A stretch of DNA of 64,000 bases from Octopus bimaculoides (taxonomy: Eukaryota), in assembly GCF_001194135.2 (NCBI RefSeq), contig NC_068981.1, positions 92,268,662 through 92,332,661 of the forward strand. The letters are read 5' to 3'. Positions 1 through 13,361 of the stretch are shown in pieces. The position numbers were made by a program, and so were the translations under genes. The stretch's first letter is position 1. Each line of letters starts with the position of its first letter. The notes under the pieces were generated by a model. The model saw only the letters and a program-made list of their open reading frames with translations, was not told where the DNA came from and did not search any database.

Positions 1-1334
1 GTGACATAATTTAAATATATACTTTAACCATGTAACACAAGCCTTCTGTAGTTTTTTCACTCTTATTATCTTTTATACATATACATATGCATGCAATATA
101 TGCATGTGTGTGTGTGTGCGTTTGTTCATTTTTTAGTCTTTCATTATCCAATGCCGTGACCAAGACAGGAAGAAGAAAATAGATTTTCTGAGATTATATT
201 TCTTAGTTTTCACATTGTATGAGTTCGGGTACTGGAAATATTTTCTCATTTCACTTTTAATGTAATTAGTTTTGGATCGCCTTCTAAACGTTTCGTTAAC
301 ATGTATTTTCGGAAATATTAATTTCAATGATATTTTCTATATCTAAATATGTTAACACAGTAGATAGAATTGTCAGCTATGTAAGGCGAATTCTACAATT
401 AAAACTGTAAATTTCTACATACGTATCTTTGTTGTCTAATTCACTGACTTTCTCGAAATTCTTCTGAATGATATTTGGATTTACTTCAGGAATTACTTTG
501 GATGTGTTTACCACTTACATCTATTGGTGTTTGAGTGTTAGATATAGTTAACCAAATTTGTTTAAGATTGAGTGCTTTATCGATACCTACTTGAATTTCT
601 TAATCTCTTTTTTGTTTGCACGCACGCACACACAAATATATACATAAACGCATCCATTAATTTTGGAGTTTCTCCAGGATACACGTTTAATATTTATTGG
701 AATTCACTATAGAAAAAAAGCGTTTGCACAAATTACTACGAACAATTTGTTAAATTTTATTACATCATACTTTAATACTGAGTTGGTTCCCCTTTGGTTA
801 TTGACTCGTACATGATTTGATCAGCACAGAGAAATGTTGGGGCTAATTTTCGAATAAAACCTTCTTTAGCTCTTTCAGCGATGACGGTGGAGGGAGTGGG
901 TTCTCATGTGGTGCTCCAAATTGTAGCATTAATGTATAGTATGCTCAGATAATCTAAGTTGTTGACCAATTAACCTAGAGACTACACTTTTATGAGAACC
1001 TCTACTAATGCAGAAAATGTCAGTAGTTGTATCCGTATCTATTACAGAACAGAAATCTCTTCCAGGCATCAGAGTATCTCTAATAAGTTGTAATTACGTT
1101 AATTTTGTAACTGTCTGTCTTATTTGCTGTTTTTTATGCAAACTAATTGAGATTACGTATTTTCTCCTCACGGTCAGCGTACTTTTCATTTATTAATTTG
1201 ATCATGTTCATTATATTGAAAAGGTTGTCATCATACTATATGCTTAAAAGATTGAGTACTCAGGAATTTTCACAGACACTTTTGCTAAAGATTTTCGATC
1301 ATTGACTATATTCAGTAATTCAAGTGGAACCATA

Positions 1335-1775
1335 GGCGCTGTCGTGGCTCTGCGATAAGTGGCTTCCTTCCCAACCACATGGTGTCAGGTTCAGTCATAC
1401 TGCGTGGGTCTTTGGGAAAGTGTTTTATATAATAGCCTTGGACTGACCAAAACATTTTGAGTGAATGTGGTAGACAGAAAACTGAAAATAGCCCATTGTA
1501 TTATCTCTCTCTTTATATATATATAAATATATAAATATATATATATATATATATAACATATATGTGTGTCTTTGTGTATCCTTGCGTCTGTGTTTGTCCC
1601 ACACCACCAGTGGTGGTTTGTTTACGTCCCCGGTATTAAGCGGTTCCGCAGAAGGGACCGATAGAATAAGTACAAGGCTTTAAAAATAGTGCAGGGGTTG
1701 ATTCGTTCGACTAAAATTTATTGTGCGTTGTGACCCAGAACGACCGCATGCGTATGACTAAAACAAGCAAAAGGT
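1335..1775 (+). mobile_element. SINE (family B, tRNA-like head, internal TA/TG microsatellite)
   Basis: Head GGCG..GTGGCT..GGTTCAGTC, then body, (TA)n/(TG)n, and tail with CCGATAGAATAAGTAC..GGGGTTGATTCGTTCGACTAAAA; reverse-complement copies at ~25345-25630 and ~26372-26690. Confidence 0.7.
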
Positions 1776-2479
1776 AAAGCATTGTTACATTAGCATTTAT
1801 TTGATATTCGAAACCTATTTGTTTTTCAATCAATTGTTATGATAAGAAATAGCCACCAACTCAACAGTGTAATATTTTGTCAAAAGAAAGGCCGATACAA
1901 ATGTGGCAAATTTGGAGGATAATGTATTTTATTCCGACTTCACATATTTTGTTACTGACGTGAAAACCCTCACTGTTGTTCGAAACACCGTCATAATTGC
2001 TTTTTGAGGATTGTATTACACTCAACACTTTTTCTTGTTTCCTTGACGTTATATAAACCTGTCTGTAACTTGTCTTCCTTTTTCCGGTTTGAATTCTCTT
2101 TGACGATATGTAAAATATTCGTTTTCTATGTTTTCGTTTTGTAAAACCGATATTTGATTCTATTAATGTATACGTAATGTAAAAACATGATTTATTGAAA
2201 GAAAAGTTTTAAAAATACCGGTATAATCTTTACATGCGCGCTGGCTACCAGAACAGCCTTGAGAGTTGGGTAATTACTATTAGAAGATGAAGAGAAAAAG
2301 TTACTGACAAGTACTCGAAACTTGCACCTTATGCATTCTTTCCAAACATTCTATACCACTAAGCCAATATACACACAAACAATTTTTCCGAACGACCGCA
2401 ATAGAACACATACACACCAATACACACTCACACACGCATATAAATACTCATACGTACAAATGAAAGGCAATCAATATGA

Positions 2480-2523
<44 letters not shown>

Positions 2524-2729
2524 GCGCGCGCGCGCTCACTGATAAATCTTTTGTGAACAGTCAACAGGTCGCAGTTTCAAACGGCAAAAATATCTTGACA
2601 CAAATGAAGTTTTATTGCTGAAGTGAAACTGGTAAAACTTAAGTAGAGTGTTACCTAAACGGTACTACTTGAATAGTGATGTTACGTACAAAACATTTTG
2701 AATGTAAGTTGTGGGGACGTGTAATGATG

Positions 2730-2801
2730 CCCTAACCCTAACTAAGCCTAAAACTAACCCTAACCTTAAAAACTACCACTAAAACTAACCTTAAAAACTA
2801 A
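2730..2801. repeat. degenerate (CCCTAA)n/(AAACTA)n telomere-like tract
   Basis: CCCTAACCCTAACTAAGCCTAAAACTAACCCTAACCTTAAAAACT read directly. Confidence 0.6.
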
Positions 2802-4804
2802 CACTCCCCTTCATATCGTTACGTCGATGCAGCAGGACTGCTGTATTTAAGTGGGACATCTGTATTTAAGTTGTGCCGTGAAACTAACGGTTTTTGTGTG
2901 TTCTTGAATGGCTTTAAAAGGTCTTCTACGCTGCAATTATTTTGTTTCAGTACCCGATCTCTGATAAAGTCAATTGCTGTGTAAGTACATCTCTGTAATT
3001 TTTTAAAACTCACTGTGGATAGCAATGACTTTCTCAGGCTCTCCGATATTTTAATTTCAAAATATAAACAACCGGAGGCAAGGAGTGAGGTTGCAAAAAA
3101 CTCACAATTTCTCAATTTTCTTCATAGCTTATAAATATATTTATGGGGGAAATATTGAAAAAAACATCGATATATGCGAGAGTGTTACAGAAACCAAGTG
3201 GGTTGTCTTTGGGTGTGCTAGAAACAATAGCCAAATCGCAATTAAATCACTTTTCACTCTGAAAATATTAACAATTGGAATTGAATTTTTCCGAAAACGC
3301 TCTTATGGTTATCAAGTGAAAAGAAAATCGACCAAAATAGGTCCAGATCGGGATGATGAGAGAGGGCTGTGTAAAAAAAAAAAAAAAAAAGAGTTTTCAA
3401 AAGCTTCATACAAATATGCTGTGGCTTAAAAAGAAAATGAGGAAATTCCCCGAAAAAGTTTTCCTCACAAATTTGTTTATATGCTGTTTGAAAGGGATTT
3501 GTATCTATTGTCATTGAAAGATACCAGTTTTCCTGAAAGTTATCAGGGAAAAAGTCAGATCACGTGAATTTTCCAAAACTCTTCTTTCCACCCCTTCGGA
3601 AAAATTCGTTCCCATAAATCCCTATAGACTCTGAAGCCACAACATCTAACCGGAAATTGTAAAAAAATTTGTTAAAAAGTATCCATTTTTCTGGATGTTA
3701 TGAAGCAACAAATTCGGGAACATATACATCTGTAATAATGCCCTTTTATTTATATGATCTTTTTCGTTTCATGTTTATTTCATTCATTGTTTGCAATGTT
3801 CTCTCTCCCTCTCTCTGTCTTACACACACATACGCACATTGCAAAGCTTACAGATGGGCTGCTGAATTGAAATCTTTATGTTGCTTTGAGGAGAGGTAAA
3901 ACTTGACAAATTGATTCTCCAACTGTTGTTGGGCTAGCGTGATGTTTGTTTAAAAGCGAGATTATGACTATGATAAAATAATGAAAGCAATATTTACTAA
4001 GCAAGTGAGAACTATTATAAAAAGAATAATTAGACTAAAATATAAAAATTAGAATTAAGAATCAAATGTGAAAAGATTATCAAGGAGCCGGCAGAAAATT
4101 GCCCGGAGGGCGGTCTTTCTGCTAGTAGAAAACATTAATGACTGGAAAATAAACAATTTCTGTGTCAAATATCCATCCACTTCTTACTCATAGCAATTAA
4201 CTGAACTATGAATTTCCATATTTGCTGGCGCATTGGACACACCCTCACAGAAGACGCACCCCTATTTTACAAGGATATTTTGCGGGACAAAAACAATTTT
4301 AGCACGTTTCATCATGCATTTATTGAAAGAATGTTTTAAGACGTTTTGTGGGGAAATTTGTTAGATTTTGTGCATGAAATACAATAGTGTGACAGTATAC
4401 TGGAATAAAGGAAACTAAATTAAATTTGAAGTTCCCGGTGTATTAGAGTGGAGCGGGGCCACTCTTCGCCAGGAACACCCCCGGACCGGGCTGAGGAGCC
4501 GCGACGCCTCAATAGACCGGGCCAAAGATGCTGCCAAATTAAATTTAATTAAATTTGCCATAATAAAAAAAAAAAAACATTGGTATCAATGAATCCTGTA
4601 ACATCCAAACAAAAAGCAACTATACTGATAAAAACTGGTACAAACCAATCGGAAAAGTGTAATAAATGTGATAAATTACTACAGTTAGGCACATTGCATG
4701 CAGACAATACAAATATTTCGTTGAATATTAGTAATCAGTGGGTGTTCTAGGAGCAACAAGCATTTAAGCAAGCAGCACAGTACATACCAAAAAACACTAT
4801 AAAA

Positions 4805-5045
4805 AACAAACTAGATCATCCACAGAAGGTAAAACCGCACCCTGAAAGCCCCATTCTCACTGTTTCCATCCATATTACCGGTACTCTCTTCTTCAATGGA
4901 GTTCTCTGGAATATGTTCTGGGTCATCAATATCTTCTTCAAACAATAAATCGTCCTTATTACTGTCAAGGGCATTACTAATGCCAAAGTTTTTAAATGAT
5001 TTCACAACTACCTCTTCTTTTACTGCATTCCATCTTTTTTACCTA
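4805..5045 (-). mobile_element. pogo/Tigger-type transposase C-terminal remnant
   Basis: Minus strand reads WNAVKEEVVVKSFKNFGISNALDSNKDDLLFEE, matching the pogo-family C-terminal motif SFKKCGISNALDGxEDD. Confidence 0.7.
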
Positions 5046-5333
5046 CTCACAGTTCTCTAAGTTTCCTCTATGTAGCCGAAACTGGACCCCAAACTAATAA
5101 GGACGGTTTCTGCAACAACCCACCCGCCTGGACCGCACTTTATCAAGCCAGTTTCATTTCTCTCTAATCCATCCAACCTTTTGGTTGGACACGAACCTAA
5201 ATGCCATTGGGTATCCTTTCTTTAGGCAATGTCTTACTTTTAAAAATTGTAAAAGGTGACTTTTGTGCCATCAGCGCAGCATGCTATTACAACTTTGTAG
5301 TATGTCTTTTCATGGCCACATGCTTTAACAGTC

Positions 5334-5717
5334 GTGGAGGCGCAATGGCCCAGTGGTTAGGGCAGCGGACTCGTGGTCATAGGATCGCGGTTTCGACTCC
5401 CAGACCGGGCGTTGTGAATCTGTATTGAGCGACAACACCTAAAAGCTCAACGAGGCTCCGGCAGGGGATGGTGGCGAACCCTGCTGTACTCTTTCACCAC
5501 AACTTTCTCTCACTCCCTGCTTCTCTTGTGCCTGTAATTCAAAGGGTCAGCATTGTCACACTGTGTCACGCTGAATATCCCCGAGAACTATGTTAAGGAT
5601 ACACGTGTCTGTGGAGTGCTCAGCCACTTGCACGTTAATTTCACGAGCAGGCTGTTCCGTTGATCGGATCAACTGGAACCCTCGACGTCGTAAGCGACGG
5701 AGTGCCAAAAACAACAT
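5334..5717 (+). mobile_element. tRNA-derived SINE (family A), full length
   Basis: A/B-box head GTGGAGGCGCAATGGCCCAGTGGTTAG..GGTTTCGACTCCC; 11-bp TSD CTTTAACAGTC at 5323-5333 and 5718-5728; near-identical copies at 25851-26221 and 40122-40509. Confidence 0.9.
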
Positions 5718-7264
5718 CTTTAACAGTCACAATTTTAGTACCCTTGGATTCTACCATCTTATTTGATCACACATCAAATGTCAGAGACTTTGTCCATCTT
5801 TGTTATTTACGAATGTTCACTCTTGCATTAATGACATACCCACGAAACCTAAGTATTTGATCTGTGTATTGAAGGGGGATCTTTGTGCTATTCTTGTCCT
5901 AGCCTTCATACAGAGACTATTTCTCCTCATAAATCTGGAACATCATGGTATTGACTCTTTAAAGTCATTGGTATCTCTGTCCATTGTTACAAGTTTTGAA
6001 TAGTACATAGTCATTTTAGTGGATACTGAAAATCGCGATCTTTTTTGTACTAAAATCTGTTTTTTATTCTAGTTTAGGCCACTTTGGAACTCCCTTGTGG
6101 AGGCAGTGCTTGCTACGTTTATCAGTTTTTAGCTGCACTTGTTTCCTCCAATTCCTTATCATTTATTAGGTTCATGGCGGACCAAAATATCGAGCAGCTG
6201 CCCTATTGCCATGAACTCTTGCGTACGCTACATCTAATTTAAATTTGATGTTATATTAGTGCTATTTTTTTTTACTCATCAGCCATGAGTTTGGAAATTG
6301 TACCATATTAACCGTAAATCGACTTACCGGTACATTATGAGAAACAGGACCCCATCTCTTTCCTCCTCTCACATCAGCTTTATAGTTGTTTACATTTTGG
6401 GAAAGAAAATGGCTTTACAGGATGTGAAACTCGTATTTCTGGATATGTTTTGTTACTGCGGCAGGCCACAATACGGAAAATAAGTAAAAATACAAAAATG
6501 TCTGAATGAGCTAAACACAAATGTATGACCAAGAAAAGAACACAAGAAGAAGGAGGCACTGTTATAAAAGCGAAACCTCCGGCACATCATCTCATCTGAC
6601 CATTGCAAACGTCTGCCAGGTGGTTGAAAGTCTATTAACATTGCTTTCAAATTTCTAGGAGTATTTTTCATTTAAATAATGAACAAATATTTAAAGGTTA
6701 CCCAGTCCTTAAATGATAAAATGCATATATCAGATGTGGGTTGGGTATGCTGGGGAAGCAGGTAAGTGAGATGAGATGAGCTGAGCTTCCCTAATAAGTG
6801 CCGACGTACCATAAGCAATTCGTCGTAAGTTTGTGATAATAGACTGATAATTCGACTTGTTTTCAATATTTTATTATTCGTAACACTATTTACTGTCATA
6901 ATTTGGCTTGTTCTCATTTTCTTCTTAGCAACTATTTGCCTAAAGAACTTACCCAGTATGCTCATCCGGCTCCTTAGTTTACGGCGCTCGGTCTCCCATC
7001 CGTAATACAGTCGCATTAGGTGGAGGGCAATTTTTTGATACATTTAAAAATAAAAGCGTGTTCAATCTGCCGCCAAATGCAGTAATTAAGTTCAGCAATG
7101 GGATGCATTTAAATTGTTGCGACAAAATATGTCAAGACTCAAAAAATATTATCCCTGCAAAAATTAAAAAAAAAAAAAACGCGATTTCAGAGTTTGTAAT
7201 GTGAAAGCTTTAGATAAGAGTCTATTGACATTCCTGAAGGTATATCATTTGCAAAAGTTTAAGA

Positions 7265-7566
7265 CAGTGGTTCCCAACCATAGATAAATGAGCTTTCCCA
7301 CGGCCCCATTTTTGAATATACTAATGTGTATACAGTATTACCTCGGTTTTCGAACACCTGATTACGAATAAATCATGCTTCATACACACACACACACATA
7401 TATATATTCACACACATACATAGCACGGTTTATTCNNNNNNNNNNNNNNNNNNNNNNNNNNNNNNNNNNNNNNNNNNNNNNNNNNNNNNNNNNNNNNNNN
7501 NNNNNNNNNNNNNNNNNNNNNNNNNNNNNNNNNNNNNNNNNNNNNNNNNNNNNNNNNNNNNNNNNN

Positions 7567-7598
<32 letters not shown>

Positions 7599-7674
7599 AA
7601 ACTTAGTTCACTGTCTTCCAGTACAATCTTTGTGGACCACTCGGGGTCCGTCGACTCTAGATTGGAAACCACTG
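7265..7674. mobile_element. hAT (Charlie-like) MITE with internal microsatellite and gap
   Basis: TIRs CAGTGGTTCCCAACC (7265-7279) and GATTGGAAACCACTG (7660-7674); flanking 8-mers GTTTAAGA / GCTTAAGG (6/8 match, decayed TSD). Confidence 0.75.
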
Positions 7675-9329
7675 GCTTAAGGCAGGTTCGCTTATTCCAA
7701 ACTTCTAGTTATTAATCGCTTAATATTCCTGCAGCTTCCGAGGTAATATATGTTATCATTTGTCATGACTGTTACAATAAAAATAGCAGCAGGTAAAACT
7801 AGTTAACTACAAAGGTATTAATGCAATCAAAATTACTTTTGGTCAATTTTGCCTTTCGTAATTTCTGGGTATATAAAGTCCCAACCAATTAGAAGATCCG
7901 ATATTATTGATTAACCTTCTCACCTAAAATCTAGTAGTACGGAGGATAAATTAAGAATGTACTTTGACTTACTTGTAGATTTCTATTTTTAGCTCAGTAA
8001 GCAATTAATGAATTTCTGAGCATCTGAATACTAAATTCACTTAAACTATCATGTCTTGACAAAATGGGACTTCTGTGTTCCCACGATAGACGCCCTTGTT
8101 TGTGAAACTGGTTTTGATAGATACAACTTGATGTTAGTCTGGTAGGAGGTATTGCTGTCAAAGCGAAGAGCCGGAATATATACAGCAAGATTAAAACTTG
8201 CGTGAATACTCTTCTTCGAAAAGAAAAGACTGGAAGAAATTTAATTCGAGGAGGGGGGATAGCTTCATAAAAAAAAATGAGGTATTCTAAATCAACTGTA
8301 ATGTCTTTTTACGATTCATCACCTGTTTAAAATACATAACATCGATCTAAAATAGATAACATTATTCTTCGCTATTTCCTGCAACTCCAATTTATGCTAA
8401 GTATAAACAGAGATAGTCTCGGAAATACAGAAATCTTTTCACGTAGAATTGAAAAATCCGTATAATGAAAAGAAACGAATTCCATTTCCATTACATTTCT
8501 GAGCTATTCTTTTAAAACAGCATGTAAATGGGAGTATGTCCATTCAGGTATAATTTCTAGTCACGTATGTATAGAGGAATTATAAATTTTTAGGATTCAG
8601 AGGCGGGAAAAGAAACTTCCAGAGACGAGCATAATTTTTAAACGTCATTTCCGAAAATTCCTAACAAATAGAAAATTAAATTACTTTGTATCGAAGCAGG
8701 TATGTAACCATGACTGATGATGAATATAACACGAAATTGGATTTGTGAATGTAAAATTAAGCAGTCAAAAGCCTTTGTGTATAAAAATTATATTTGCTTG
8801 TCAGTAATATTAATATTCTTGTAAGCAAGTAATACATGTTCTATTCTAACAACATGCTCATTCTTAAAAGACAATGTGTCACCGGTACATTTTTTAAAAT
8901 AGAAGTTTACAGAAGCTTATTTCGGGAACACTTTGTCGTGAGATATATTCCTTTGCAGTCTATTCTTCTGTTCAAAGCATTCTCTTCTGAGGTAAGATTT
9001 TCAGAAGAAATTTAAAGAATACAGTAGTGTATTTTCAGAGAATTCAAATTATAGACAGAAAATACGGTCAGTGAGAATGTCGTTGCTCCATTCCTGTGCG
9101 TCACTAAATGACGGGGTATTTGGCTGGTTACATGTTACATTTGTCGTACCTCTCCGTAATTTTAATGTATTTGGTCCCACTGTGCACCCGTCATAGCGAT
9201 ACGCACAATCGAATAGACCGTCTCCTTTGTATATAATCAGCAGGCTCCAGTCAAGACTGGATCACACACTACGAGGACGTAGCCGGTGCCGAAATTTATG
9301 ATAGACAGTGCCATCTAATTGGATCAATA

Positions 9330-10620
9330 CTGAGGAGGATTCCAGTATACACCCTACTCCAGCCCTGCAATGGTAGCTCAGGGAACAATACGTTATGCAT
9401 ATACGGTCTGCCGGTCACGATCTGGACAAGCCCTAGGTTAGTCCCTCAACATATACATGCAGAGCATAGCGGTTTTGCATCGTAGTCACCGATTCCCACG
9501 GCCAGTAGCACTTCCTCTGAGGATTGGAACCATGCACCGCAAGCCCCCACGGTGGGTCCGTACGCTTCAACCGGCGACATAGCTCTGTGTCAAGGAGAGA
9601 GTTAAGCAGTCGGTATTTGCGTTCATTTACATAGGCCGCCCCCTATTCGTAACATAGTTACGTCGACTACTTTTTCAGAACAGCGAAGTACCAGGTCAGA
9701 AATCAGCTTAATAGAAGTTTGGTAAGCCGGATCCCCTCCAACCTCCCAGTCATATTTTGGGACCTCCTTCATTGCCAGCAGGCATAGATTCCTATGCCTG
9801 GCAATTCTCAATGTTTTTTAAGCCCAGATACTGGCCGTTGATGCAAGATACCAGTCAGCCCCCTTTCCACGACACAGACAGGTAGCGGAGGCTCCATCTC
9901 CGTGCGCAAGAAACTCCCGGGTAGGAAAGGTATTGGAGCGAATGTTAACTAACCCCAAGCAGCACTCATCAGTTGTCCTTCCCTGGCGTAAAATAATATT
10001 TCCGATTAGAGCCGAACGAAACGACAACGCAGAGGCACGCTGAATGGGTTGGGATGCCCACCTATCGAAGTACACCCGACGAACACCCGGAAATATGCGC
10101 TCACGCCTAGCCGAATCAACAGAAGATCGAAACGCGAAACCATGTCTTGGTTCAGATCAGCAAGGCAGGCGGTCTTATATTACAGGGACGAACTCGTATC
10201 TTGATATTAACAAGTGAAGTTTCTGTCAGACATTAGCATATCAGCCTTGTCAACTGACAATGACTCAACCGCCATCACACCGACTACAATACAGAAAATT
10301 GTAGATATGTCGATTAAGGAAAGTGAAGTATTCTACGGTCTCCCAAATGGATGATTGTGTGAACACCCTTGAGAAGGCAGACCATAAAACAAAGCAGGCA
10401 ATCTTGTTACAACATTTGTCGAGGTTTCAAAGGAGCACAGCATAACTTAAAGTTGAAACCGAACTCCATGGATAGGTCGGGTTCCCCGTTTTGCTCATTT
10501 TATAAACTGGAGAAGTGTTTTGCATTGAAGTAAATTTTAATAAAGCTACAGTGAACGCGGTAAATAGCTTTAAAAACGATTGAGCATTGTCTTTATTTGA
10601 AAATTTAAGGATACATAAGA
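9330..10620 (+). mobile_element. heavily decayed DIRS/Ngaro-like (tyrosine-recombinase retrotransposon) RT-RNaseH remnant
   Basis: GC-richer island. Motifs occur in the expected order across frameshifts: HDL..P.G*SLN, YVD[Y] (YLDD-like), EAR*MGWDAHL (TDAS..GWGAHL), EL..STDNDSTAI (DN.TAV), AVNSFKND* (AVDAF..DW). Confidence 0.5.
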
Positions 10621-11119
10621 CAAATACATTCATTAACTCCTCTGCCCCATAGTGTTTCAATTGATATTGATGAATAAGAGAAACTATTTTTATGTAAAAA
10701 TATTTTCATACAATCATTTTAGCATTTACTGACAAGAAAACTTAATCGGAACACGTCCTATTACTTTTGAAGGATATTATACTGCATGGGAAGAAAGATA
10801 CGCATAGGCGTTTTAGCTCAATTTTTAGTTTAGTCATATCTAATGAGAGTCTAACCTACCTCTGCTTTACTTTGTAAACAATGGAAGCTTAAGATATAAT
10901 AAAATAAGCAGCAAGTGCATACTAAATGGTCTCCTATGTTATCTTTATCCTGATGGGACACCCTGGTTGATTGATCGGACATGGAATACAAGCACTATTA
11001 CACATCAGGACGACAGATCGTCTTTCAGTTCATGTATCTCAATAGAAAAAAAAAAGGAACTGCTATTTTGGGTTACACACATCAAAACACGATGTTTCAA
11101 AAGGGTCAAGATATAAGTA

Positions 11120-11395
11120 TTAAAATCAAATGCAAAATCAAAAAGAAAAGAAACTAAAATCAAATGCAAAATCAAAAAGAAAAAAAAAAGTACTAAAATC
11201 AAATGCAAAATCAAAAAGAAAAAAAAACTAAAATCAAAAAAAAAAAGAAAGAAAACCAAATGCAAAATCAAAAACAAAAAAAAGTCAAATGCAAAATTTA
11301 AGAAAAAANNNNNNNNNNATCAAAAACAAAAAAAAAGTCAAATGCAAAATTTAAGAAAAAATACTATTAAAATCAAATGTAAAATTTTAAAAAAA
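11120..11395. repeat. A-rich minisatellite, unit ~30-35 bp (AAAATCAAATGCAAAATCAAAAAG..)
   Basis: At least 6 CAAATGCAAAAT cores with variable poly-A spacers; includes a small gap. Confidence 0.8.
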
Positions 11396-12875
11396 CTACT
11401 GAATCCAACGCAATTCACAAATGCTATTTTTTGTTGGATGTAGTGGAGTGTACAGCAAAAAATTAGCTTGTACAATTGGCAGTTAACTGTGGTTTAAACT
11501 GCCAACTTTTTCTTCCGTGGAGAAGAGTTGCAATGTTTAATACATTTTCTTCATTGTTGTATCAATATAAAGTGACAATTGGGTATATCTAAGCTACACG
11601 TTGACTATAGTTTTTAGTTTACACAATTAGCAAACAGAAAAAAAAAAATGTTGATTCCATTCAAATACACAAGGATCATAAAGTTGAAGTGCAGTTGCTA
11701 ATGTCAGTTTCTTTACAAATATTCAGGAAATATGAAGATAATTTTAGAATTTTGTAACCGATTTCAAATAGTGAAAATTGATTATCAAATTACTACCTAA
11801 AACCAGCAGAACATTGATTACTTTTATGTTATAACTAGATTTTTAAATGTTATTCTATTCTATTAAAAACAAGAGAAATAGGATTTACCCGGATTTTATA
11901 ATAGACAGTCTGATATCCCAGTAGTACGGTTACGCTTTGCTTAAAATAGTTTTCAGAGCTAGGACTGTCCGTTTAATGTAAAAAGAAATCGATACACACC
12001 AATGTTACGTATAGGGAGATTATCTCGTCGCATTTGTATTGTGATTTTATGATCAAGTTACCGATTTCAAACTAAAGCCTAGAGATTTGACCGAAATTAC
12101 CAGTAATCATCAATATGCTATCTATGAAGATATAGTTTATTCTTTTAATTAACTGGAGTTCGTATTTATTGCTTCACGAAAGATTCTAAAGTAAAAATTT
12201 TACTAAGTTAGGTGCAATGCAAAAATGACAATATAGACGTGAAGATATATCTAAAAGGCGATTCAAATGTCGTATATGAAATATATACTAATTCATTTTA
12301 ATTGCAAACAGTTCGCATGAAATAGATGTAAAAACGATATGAAATGACACAATCTATTTCCAATCAATGAAGTTTCAGTAAAGGTTTCCGCAACAAAACT
12401 ATGTATTACTAACACGCGAGAGAAGCCACTCAAATAACAACTTCGGGTATTTTATCATTATTACTTTGTTAGTTTACGCATTTGAGTGAAAACAGTTCAG
12501 CAGACAAAGAAAATATTTCAGTTTAAGATGTACACTGGGATAATTCCAATTGTGTGGAGACTAAAGAAGATTGGACAAATGTAGACAAAAGTTTTGGGAT
12601 TTTTTTTTTCTTTTTAAATGTTATATTAAGATTGATTCAATGTTCTAAATAAATCTTTGTAATTTATGATAAACATTTTCTCATGAAGACCAGATTTAGA
12701 AATAGACAAAAGCTAAGTAGTTGATTACAATCACGAAAAAGTAATATATAATCGAAAGTCATTTACAATTTATAAAATTAAAAGCTTAATTACTTAAGTT
12801 AGTTCATCTGGAGGTGGTAGAAGAGTATAAGGGTGCTGATATATATTGATACCTTAGTAATGAAAAAAATGCATC

Positions 12876-13361
12876 TCATGCTGTTGGAGGTTGTTCTGTA
12901 GTGGCCAGTTCAATCTCATTTGTACGCAGTCGTGGATCATAGACTGCTGGATTACGTAAGCGTTTGTAGACACAATAAACGCATATGGAAAATGAAACGA
13001 CTCCCAGAGATACTGCAAGGATACCTACAATGTAGGAATGATTAGGTTTTGTATCAGGAACATTAGGAGTTGTCGGGTAAGCTGAAGTTCCAATTTCTGA
13101 GGTAAAATTGGTGTTGTCAGACATGGTGGAATCATTTGGAGAAACACGTTCAATTGCTGGATCATTTGTCACACTCGGTGAATTCAAAACCGACCGCTTG
13201 AAAATACTCGCCTCTCCTTTCGATATATGAGGTTTCATATCAGTCACTTCCAGGGTAGTATTATTATCAAAAGAGTAGTATTCATGTCCTCTGGATGTCA
13301 AGTTTCCAAAAACGAGACCCACAAGTAAGAGTTGAAACATAGTTAAAGCGAACGAAGCCAT
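12876..13361 (-). CDS. intronless type I membrane protein, 161 aa, unknown family (paralog 1)
   Basis: From Met131 of the 291-aa ORF: signal peptide MASFALTMFQLLLVGLVFG, N-glycosylation sequons, IFKR|SVLN, S/T/P stalk, TM IVGILAVSLGVVSFSICVYCVY, tail KRLRNP..RTNEIEL. Colinear homology to ORF 37377-38222. Confidence 0.75.
   Translation of the reverse strand: MASFALTMFQLLLVGLVFGNLTSRGHEYYSFDNNTTLEVTDMKPHISKGEASIFKRSVLNSPSVTNDPAIERVSPNDSTMSDNTNFTSEIGTSAYPTTPNVPDTKPNHSYIVGILAVSLGVVSFSICVYCVYKRLRNPAVYDPRLRTNEIELATTEQPPTA

Noticed and set aside
5334-5410. tRNA gene (also at 40122 and ~26160-26221)
   Set aside because: The tRNA-like head continues into a ~300-bp conserved body with TSDs, so it is a SINE rather than a tRNA gene.
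6280-7060. Possible piggyBac or other transposase remnant (ORFs 6453-6671 and 6672-7043)
   Set aside because: I could not find catalytic or Cys-rich motifs convincingly in any frame.
9070-10660. Minus-strand ORFs read as a possible endogenous viral glycoprotein, or plus-strand NG/DDCV and GWDAH read as an RNA-virus RdRp
   Set aside because: RdRp-like motifs needed three different frames and had wrong spacing; the plus-strand DIRS-like RT/RNaseH motif order explains the region better.
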